Shown: piece after piece, positions 10,066-18,562 of the stretch
How the letters are laid out: each line of letters opens with the position of its first letter
Numbering within the stretch: the stretch's first letter is position 1
From: Lophium mytilinum
Lineage: Eukaryota
Length of the DNA stretch: 20,000 bases
NCBI GenBank assembly: GCA_010093605.1
Contig: MU004199.1
Coordinates: 1,291,988 to 1,311,987, forward strand
Direction: 5' to 3'
Made by a program: the position numbers and the translations under genes
The notes under the pieces: generated by a model
What the model saw: only the letters and a program-made list of their open reading frames with translations
Database searches by the model: none
What the model was told of the DNA's origin: nothing

Positions 10066-12311
10066 TATTATTATTATTAAATTCTATTATACTAGTATAG
10101 CTTCTATTAGAGTCTATATAGCTATTCTATCTAGGCTAATTTATAAGAGAAAACTATTTACTACTAGATAGTATTTAAGTAAAAATCTTATTCTCTATTA
10201 TATCTAGTATTAGGCGCCCTTCTTCTTTATATTTTACTATAGGGGATATATAGTAGGTCTATAAAAACTACTATAAAATAAGCTATTAAAATATATCTTT
10301 CTATATCTATCTAGAAAGGTTTATTATTATCCTTCTAAATTTAGGCTAAGTAGAATCTAGATAGAAGGCTAGTATAAAATTAGCGTAAGGGCCTATATAT
10401 AAGTAGTACGCGCGCGGGGCCTTTATCTAAGGTAATAATAGTAAAGTAAGTAGTAGCTATATAGGCTATTTAAATAGAAAGGCTATATAGTATATAGATA
10501 GTATATAGTAGAGGTATATAGTAAGTATATAGTTTATAGATAGTCTATTATTTTATAGATAGGCTATAAGAGTAGAAGGGCTATAAGTAGCTATAAAGTA
10601 TAGAGTTTATAGCTATAGTAGTAGATATAAGCCCCTATAGTATAGCTAATAGCTATAGAAGGGCTAAAAGTATAGAGTATATAGTTTATAGTCTATAAGT
10701 AGAAAGTATATAGCTACTTATAGTAAGTCTAAGCCTTTATAGTATAACTAACTAATAGTAGAAAAAAGCCGCGTATATATACTATTATAAAGTAGGTAGA
10801 CTATTTAAAAATAGAAGAGCTATAAGAAATAAAAAGTATATACTATAGAGTATATAGTAGAAATCTAAAGCTAACTATCTATTAGTTCTAGTATACTATA
10901 GAGAGTATATAGCTATATATAGTAAGTATAAGCCTCTATAGTATAGCTAAGAGCTATAGCTTAGCTAAGAGCTATACTGCGGCTATAGTTAGTAATAGTA
11001 GGGTTATTAGTAATAGTAAGACTATTAGTAATAGTAAGGCTATTAGTAATAGTAAGGCTATTAGTAATAGTAAGGCTATTAGTTATAGTAAGGCTATTAG
11101 TTATAGTAAGGCTATATATAATAGTAGGGCTATAGTATTAAGTAGAAGGGCTAGATCTACTCCCTTTCTATTTCTCTTACTATTAAGAGGTAGAGTAGTA
11201 GGTCTATTTCTAAAATATATTTATATTATAGAGCTATAAGAGTTATATATAAAATAGAGTTAGGCGTAGCTCTTCTACTAGAACTCTCTACTATAGGTAT
11301 AGCTTACTAAATATATACCTCTATTCTATATATATCTAATTTACTTTATAAGCCTATCTTATAGCTAGCCTCTACCTCTTAATAGACTAATATATATATC
11401 TATTCTTTTAGGCTATATAAATAGTATTATTAGTAAGGGTTTAATTCTTTCTCCGCTATAGATTTACTAAGAGTTAGAGCCTAGTAAAGGGGTAAGGTTC
11501 TTAGAGCTATCTATTATTACTATTATATACTACGCCCTACAGCTCTTTTAGTTCTAGTAGCTATTTTGCGTTACCTATATTATTCTTATAATAATAGGCT
11601 AACTATATCTTATAGATAGAGGTATTAGCCTAATAGTATACCTAGTAGCTAGCTATTATTCTAATAGTAACCTAATACTATACGGCTACTATGCCTTCTA
11701 TCTACTAACTAAACTTATTATCCTCCCTTAGCTACTACCTGCATCTTTATCTATTCTAGCACTATGTTAATACATTCTTCCCCTACTTCTAAGTCTATTT
11801 CTAGCTCTCTAAGTTCTAGATTAATATCGCCGCAGCTAAGTTAATATTAATATAATAAGGATTAACATTATCTAATATAGTTAATAGTGCTAGAATTCTC
11901 CCTATCCTTGCTATAAGTATAATCTTAGAATAGAATAAGTATAGTAGTATCCTATTCTATTACTAGGCCTTCTACTTCTACTAGTAAATGCAGGCGCCGG
12001 CTTATAGTCTAGGATAGTAAGCTTCTAGATAGTAATAGATTAGGTGGTTCTTAAGAAAGTTCTACTATTTAAATTTCTATCTATAGATATTAAGTTTTAG
12101 TAGTAGTAGGCCGCTAAGACCCGTAAAAACTCTACTATTCTAGCGGCGTTAAGGACAACGTCTTTAAAGACAACCTCTAGCTACAACGTAACGCCGCTGC
12201 ACTAGTAATAAACGTAATTCTTACTCTTGTATAAGCCTTGCGGTTTAAATAAGACGGAAAGGAACCCCCGTACAACAATATAGATTAAATTATAATTTTA
12301 GTGTTTCTTTA
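10066..12311 (-). mobile_element. Non-LTR-type insertion (TAA-repeat tail, ~12-bp TSD) of unknown class inside the copia RT
   Basis: ATAGTAGTATAT is duplicated at 10054-10065 and 12312-12323; the uninterrupted site is present once in copy 3 (~19620-19640). (TTA)n at ~10063-10079 is a minus-strand (TAA)n tail. Confidence 0.8.
10989..11132. repeat. 18-bp tandem repeat, 8 units (TTAGTAATAGTAAGGCTA consensus)
   Basis: Units start at 10989, 11007, 11025, 11043, 11061, 11079, 11097 and 11115; unit length is a multiple of 3. Confidence 0.95.
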
Positions 12312-13386
12312 ATAGTAGTATATATATCTAGCTACCTATCTAGAAAAGTATAGTTTTAAAAGTACTATTATAGAGTAAGCAGTATTTAAAAATACGCAAC
12401 TAAATATAATAATAGTCTGCTATATAGATAATTTATTAGTATTTAGGCTAAATATAAAAGATATAGAAAATCTATAATTAAAACTAAGTAAAGACTTAGA
12501 ATTAACAAACTTAGACCCTATATCCTATTTTCTAGGCATAGAAATAATATATAATAGAAAAGAAAGAACCTTATTACTAAGCTAGAAAAAGTATATAAAA
12601 AGTCTATTAAAAAGATTTAATAAAAAGAAACTAAATCCCGTTTCTATACTAGGAGAAATAGGTATAAAACTAGAGAAAAACAATAAACAGGCATTAAAAG
12701 AAGATATAAAACTATACTAGTAATAAGTTAGAAGTCTTATTTATCTATCTATAAAAATAAGACTAGATATAGCCTATAGCATAAATCTATGCGCTTATTT
12801 TATGTCTAATTCTAGTCCTATTTACTTTAAAGCCTTAGAAAGGATCTAGAAATACTTATTATATAAGCCTACGCACGGAATTAGCGTTAAATTTTCTCCT
12901 AGTAATCCAGCACCCTATTTATTAGGATATTTAAATGCAGATCACGGGGGTAATATAATAGGAAGAAAATTAATAACTGGCTACTACTTCTCCTATGGAA
13001 AAACCCCTATTAGCTGGAATAGTAAATTATAGAAATCTATAGTACTATCTAGTTGCAAAGCTAAATATATAGCTTTAAAAGAAACTATAAAAGAATATAT
13101 ATACTTAATAAGTATATTAAAACAACTTAATAATAAAAATACAGAAGACTTCTATCTATTTACAGATAGTTAATTAGCTATAGAATTAGCTAATAATCCT
13201 AAACACTACTTAAAAACTAAATATATAGATATACAATATCATTTTATAAGAGAAAATATTTAAAATAGATTAATAAAGCTAGCCTACCTTAATACTAAGG
13301 AGTAAATAGCTAATATATTCACTAAACCATTAGTGGGAAGTAGTTTTACTAAAATAGTAGACTATATAAGATTAGATACTAAATAG
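12312..13386 (+). pseudogene. copia RT (C-terminal) + RNase H relic, copy 1
   Basis: IVCYIDNLL (YVDD), YFLGIEI, RPDI-like RLDIAYS, NADHGG..RKLITGY (DADW..RKSTTG), LSSCKAKYIAL, KYIDIQYHFIRE, IANIFTKPL; stop at 13384-13386. Confidence 0.95.
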
Positions 13387-13476
13387 ATACATAGATACAT
13401 AGATATAACTCTATTACGCAAATAGATAAATATATAGATTCTATCTATCTATCTATCTATCTGTGTAAAGAAGAAA

Positions 13477-13524
<48 letters not shown>

Positions 13525-13570
13525 CTCTATCTATTTAAAAAAGAATATATAAAATAAGCATATAACGCTT

Positions 13571-13579
13571 AAGGGAGTA
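13571..13579 (+). promoter_or_regulatory. Polypurine tract
   Basis: AAGGGAGTA immediately before the 3' LTR; equivalent site in copy 3 at 18335-18343 (minus). Confidence 0.75.
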
Positions 13580-13843
13580 TATAAGGATTACAATAGTATA
13601 AGCATTATATCCTTACGCATAATAGGCTCAAAAGCCTTTAAACGGGACGAAACCGTAAGCGTTTAAACGTAATACAACAAACGTTAGATAACGTTATAAG
13701 AACGTTAGAGAAACGTTTTACAATGCATTAAATGCTGTATATATACAACTCCGTTGCTGTTAATGTAGAATAGAACTCAAGCAATATAATTCCTATCTAT
13801 CTATCTATCCATCTATTCTTACATCGACTCTATACCTTTGACA
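13580..13843 (+). repeat. 3' LTR of copia copy 1 (less RIP-mutated than the 5' LTR)
   Basis: Ends ...CCTTTGACA followed by the TSD GTAGG. Confidence 0.95.
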
Positions 13844-14078
13844 GTAGGGATAGGTAGATAACTATAACGTGTTAGAACTTTATCCTCTAATACTTCTACT
13901 AATATAAATAGTTTATAACTATATATTTAAGACTTAGTAATAACGCTTCTTATAATTACTAGTAGTATCTATATTTAGCACGTAACGGACGCTTATTTAT
14001 AACACTTGCATTATATATAAAAATGTTAGCGGATCTTTAGATTTACTAAGTAGACGGGACGTTATTATATAGGATTAT

Positions 14079-14106
14079 TATTATAACGTATTGGACGACT
14101 AGAAGA

Positions 14107-14138
<32 letters not shown>

Positions 14139-14347
14139 GAATTGTATCACTTAAGTTCTATTCTCTATTAATAGCAGCGGAGTATATATATAGCATTTAA
14201 TGTATTATAAATATCTCTCTAATATTCTTATAACATTATTTAACATTTATTATATCACGTGTAAACGCTTATAGTTTTGTCCCGCTTAAAGGCTTTTAAG
14301 CCTATTATGCGTAAGGATATAACGCTTATGCTGTTGTAAACCTTATA
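14079..14347 (-). mobile_element. Solo LTR, variant subfamily of the same copia family
   Basis: 14101-14347 aligns to the reverse complement of the copy 1 LTR. The terminal ~25 bp differ and no TSD was found, so the left boundary is uncertain. Confidence 0.85.
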
Positions 14348-14677
14348 TAAGTTACTTAGTAAGAAACGCTTTCCTTTGAAAAAGGATGCCAATCTGCCAA
14401 TGCCTCCCTTGGGAGCCAAGCCAATCTCTCTCTTGTGCTAGGCAAAGACACTACAACGTTTCCCCTAGAAGTATTCACAATCTAGGCGGTAGGGGTTTTA
14501 GGCCATTTTTCCCTTATTAAGTTTGGCGCGCTATATTAAAGCGTGGTAGCACCTGTACCTAAAAGAGAACCGGCTACCTTAGCTAGTCTTAGAGGAGGTT
14601 TCCCTAATAAGGGCTAGTTTCCTTTAATAAGAGAATAACGCACTATATAGAGCCGCTGCATAGACCCTTATAGGAGC

Positions 14678-14721
14678 TAAATTAGCGTAATAAATTAGTG
14701 TAATAAATTAGCGTAATAAAT
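14678..14721. repeat. 13-bp tandem repeat x3 (TAAATTAGCGTAA)
   Basis: Units at 14678, 14691 and 14704. Confidence 0.9.
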
Positions 14722-14836
14722 AGATCTATCTATCTATCTATCTATAGTTTAATAATAGTATAAGCGTTATCTCTTTACTTATTATAGACTTAAGTATTAT
14801 TATATAGGGATAAAAATAAAAGGAATCTTAGATAAT

Positions 14837-14879
14837 TATTAAAGATACAAGGTTAGTAGAAGAATAGATAAATAGATAA

Positions 14880-14974
<95 letters not shown>

Positions 14975-15134
14975 CATAAATATATAGATAGATAAATATA
15001 AATTATAGTACTTAAGTTTTATTCTATACTAATAGTAATATAGTTATATATATATACTATTTAACGTATTTTAAAACGCTTCTCTAACATTCTTCTAGTA
15101 TTATCTAGCATTCCTTATATTACTTTTAAACGCT
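14837..15134 (-). mobile_element. Diverged, truncated LTR of the same family with an expanded (GATA)n tract
   Basis: Co-linear with the reverse LTR (…GAATAGATA…, ACTTAAGTTTTATTCTAT, TTTAAACGCT); pure GATA run ~14881-14974. Confidence 0.7.
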
Positions 15135-15531
15135 AGTAAAGATATAGAATTAGTATATTAATAGATAGATAGCTAGATATATATATAGATATATAGATAG
15201 ATAGATGCATAGATTATAGATATATATATAGAAAATAGCTTACTATTCTATCTTTAGTAGACTAGATTTTATATTTAAAAAATAATATTAGAGTAGTATA
15301 TATTAAAGTAGGTAAAATATATCCTATCTATAGAGGGTAGAAACGCAACTCAGCTAGTTTAATAGCTTAACTTTGCGGATAATTTTCTTGCATTCGGATT
15401 GGGGAGACATATTAATACATGTTCTAAGAATATAATAGAACATTATTGTGTTATACTATACGCATCCCTATAAATAATGCAGAATAGTAAAGGCTTAAGT
15501 AAAGAAAAAGAATTTGCTAGTAATTTCATAT

Positions 15532-17315
15532 CTAGATAATTGTAATAGTCTCTAGCGTCCAGTTAGAGTAATGTCCGGGAAATATAAATACCTCTCCCAC
15601 TCGCCTAAAGGTGGACACAGCCTTATCCACAGCTTTAACAACGATGCAGTCTGCGGAGCTGTAATGCTCTTTATCCCATACAACTGTAAAAATATAGACC
15701 TCCTCGCTAATAAACACTTCTATCTAATCCTTACATATCACATCTGGCTGAAATAGACATGCTCTTACCCCAACATTACGCCCCACATATAAGCCAAGGC
15801 CAACGCCCTCCTTTATAATAGTGCCTTAAGCAAATAGTCTACAAAGTGTTAGGGAGCTAGTGCCTAGTCCATATGGATTCTAGCCAGCCTATTCTGTTCA
15901 AGGTATAGAGTTGATGGGAGAATAGATGGATAGATAGATAGGAATTGTATTACTTGAGTTCTATTCTATATTAATAGCAACAGAGTATATATACAGCATT
16001 TAATGCATTATAAAACGTTTCTTATAACGTTATCTAACGTTCGTTGTATCACGTTCAAACGCTCACGGTTTCGTCCCGTTTGAAGGCTTTTAAGCCTATT
16101 ATGCGTAAGGATATAACGCTTATGCTATTATAATCCTTATATATTCTACCTTGATATCAATAATTTCCGAGAAGTATTCACCCACATCAACTGTGTGTAA
16201 GAGAACTACAGAGGTTACGGACGCCCAGCTCCACGTTGGGGCATACTGTAAGTTGTTCCGGTGGGAAGTTCCTTCGTATAATGTCCCCAAACCATCTGAT
16301 GTTTGCCAGAGCATATTCGTCAGGAGTTCTGGTTTCTACAAGCCAAACAAGTAGTCCTTAGACCTATACGGCTTCATCGCACTGGCTGCTCCTGCTATTG
16401 CGGGAAGGCAGTTAGTATTATACATTATCTTCCTCTCTATAAACTGAGAAACGATGCTTTCCCAGTTAAATCTTGGCCCGTTCTTCGTTGTAAGATCAAC
16501 GCTTTGGTATGGCTGTTGGTTCTTAAACAGTTGGCCTTTTAAGTTAAATTTCTCTAGAGTACATTTACAGCGCCAGTTTTCCTTGCACTCAAATACCATC
16601 TCAACTGCAGTGTAGTGGAGCGTCCTTAGAGAAAGTAGTCGCTCTTGAAATGTCCAAGCTCTTGTATCTAGCAGGGTTAACGTTAATTGTGGACTGTGCC
16701 TAACGTCCCTTTTAACTTCGTTGTAAATGGCAGTCCTAGTTCCGAATACATTTGTTTAGGATTCTATCTGCGCATATACCTGACTGGTTTTGCCTTCCAA
16801 AATTCCAGGGCAGGGTATGCTAATGGATTTGTTTGCCGATTGACCTCTCGCAGAAAAGATGCCTTCTCTCGCATCTTTGGCGCTGTCTGCTGAAATTGTG
16901 ACGTGAGCTTAAGAATAAACGTCTGCCATTCTTGATGCTTCCATTATCCAGGCACTCCTATTATTCTGGATAATACACAAAGCGTTAATCTAAAGGTAGT
17001 TAACCCTAAGAGCACAAGTAAGAATGATGGCTTCTTGAAACAACCTGGGCAGCGTTGCAAATAAAATTTGCGTTTCTTTCTTTCGTAATGTCGCCTCCGT
17101 GGTAGTAATCGGATGGTACTTATCCCAACAGTAGCTCAGTGCTACATATTTTGCGTGTTCCCCGTTCGAGTTGTAGAGTCTAGGCTTGGTTTCGGTTAAC
17201 CCGACATTGATTACCCTCGTGGGTAGTTGCGAAATGCTAATTTAACAATCGTGGTATAATTCTACGCATTTTTAGATCTACAAGCAAACAAGATCTATAC
17301 ACTTAGGCGAAGAGG
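15532..17315 (-). pseudogene. HET-domain (heterokaryon incompatibility, PF06985-type) protein pseudogene, split by a solo LTR and 5'-truncated
   Basis: One frame reads TSSPKC..L*I*KC...HDC..LPTRVINVG..YVALSYCW..TLPRLFQEAI..YL*INALCIIQN..W..EASRMADVYS*AHVTISA..TRAWTFQERLLS.RTLHY..EMVFEC..LPAIAG..YLFGL*..APTWSWASV | LTR | NPYG..FRRVG..ITII*. It includes track ORFs 16336-16599, 16120-16314 and 15532-15717. Confidence 0.95.
15895..16141 (-). mobile_element. Solo LTR inserted in the HET gene
   Basis: Reverse copy of the family LTR with a perfect 5-bp TSD TATTC (15890-15894, 16142-16146). Confidence 0.95.
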
Positions 17316-18077
17316 TATTAACTTTATACCTTAATAGGCTGTGAGCTTAGATTGTACTACGCAATCTACAGCTATACAAAGCACTAACGGGCAGGTTCTA
17401 TCTCATCTAAATTAACTAAATATTGTTCTAAATTAACCAAGTATTGGATAAAAACGCCGCTACTTACTATTACTAGTATATAAACCTACTACACTACTAT
17501 ATAAGTAGTTTCAAGCACAAAATAAAGCCGAAATTAAGAAAGAGGATGAAATTATTAAATATAAACCCGTTGTACAATAGCTGGAACATGATCTAGAATT
17601 ATAAATCTATCACAAATTAAATTAAACTAAAGAAATTTATATTTACTATTATAAAGCTTCTATAAGCCTATATTATATTATAAACTATATACTTAACCTT
17701 CTAATATCTATTATCTACTATATATTAAATCTAGATACTCTAAATTAGATTATAACCTTATATCCTATCATCTTATCCAACACAATATAGAGAAATCGAT
17801 TGAAAATCAAAATATTTCTCTTTCTATCTATCTATCTATCTATTTATTAAAGATATAGATATATAGAGTTTATCTATCTATCTATGCGCTAAATGTATAG
17901 ATAAATAGAAAGAGAAATATTTAATAATCTAAAGATATATAGAAATCTATCTATTTATCTATCTCTCTATCTATTTACCTAATAGGCTATCTATCTATCT
18001 ATCTATCTATCTACTTAATTTAAAATGGATATGATTAGTATTACTAAGCTAGTTAGTAAATCTAACTATAAAGTTTA
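17316..18077 (+). mobile_element. copia copy 2 fragment: last ~21 bp of 5' LTR, PBS, 5' UTR and first 17 codons of gag
   Basis: Aligns to 6261-7073; ATG at 18025 (MDMISITKLVSKSNYKV); interrupted at 18078 by copy 3. Confidence 0.93.
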
Positions 18078-18334
18078 TGTCAAAGGTATAGAGTCGATGG
18101 GAGAATAGATGGATAGATAGATAGAAATTGTATTACTTAAGTTCTATTCTATATTAACAGCAACAGAGTATACATACAGCATTTAATGCATTATAAAATG
18201 TTTCTCTAATGTTCTTGTAACGTTATCCAATGTTTGTTGTATTACGTTTAAACGCTTACGGTTTCGTCCCGTTTAAAGGCTTTTAAGCCTATTATGCGTA
18301 AGGATATAACGCTTATGCTATTATAATCCTTACA
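18078..18334 (-). repeat. 3' LTR of copia copy 3
   Basis: TGTCAAAGGTATAGAGTCGATG...AATCCTTACA, the reverse complement of the family LTR. Confidence 0.95.
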
Positions 18335-18380
18335 TACTCCTTTAAGCGTTATATGCTTATTTTATATATTCTTTTTAAAT

Positions 18381-18398
18381 AGATAGAGAGATAGATAA

Positions 18399-18472
<74 letters not shown>

Positions 18473-18510
18473 TTTCTTCTTTGCACAGATAGATAGATAG
18501 ATAGATAGAA
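18381..18510. repeat. (GATA)n microsatellite in the copia 3' UTR (equivalent TATC tract at 13441-13535 in copy 1)
   Basis: Long pure GATA run, longer than in copy 1. Confidence 0.95.
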
Positions 18511-18562
18511 TCTATATATCTATCTATTTACATAATAGAGTTATATCTATATATCTATATAT

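Larger units (their letters stand above)
6015..13843 (+). mobile_element. Full-length Ty1/copia LTR retrotransposon (copy 1), RIP-inactivated, with a nested 2.25 kb insertion
   Basis: TG...CA termini, perfect 5-bp TSD GTAGG (6010-6014, 13844-13848), two LTRs, PBS, PPT, and domain order gag-PR-IN-RT-RH. Confidence 0.97.

Noticed and set aside
10989..11132. 18-bp repeat as a CRISPR array or telomeric repeat
   Set aside because: The units are head-to-tail with no spacers in a eukaryotic context; a single TTAGGG-like word (AGGGTTA) does not make a telomere tract.
5902..13904. About 19-bp inverted similarity on either side of copia copy 1 (TATTAGTAGAAG / CTTCTACTAATA)
   Set aside because: It is short, gapped and low-complexity, so likely chance in RIPed DNA.
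15532..16599. Minus-strand track ORFs as independent small genes
   Set aside because: They are stop-bounded fragments of one HET reading frame; 16120-16314 ends inside the solo LTR.
15571..16893. Plus-strand track ORFs 15571-15756, 16151-16354, 16303-16542 and 16687-16893
   Set aside because: They are short antisense shadows of the minus-strand HET pseudogene, with no recognisable motifs.
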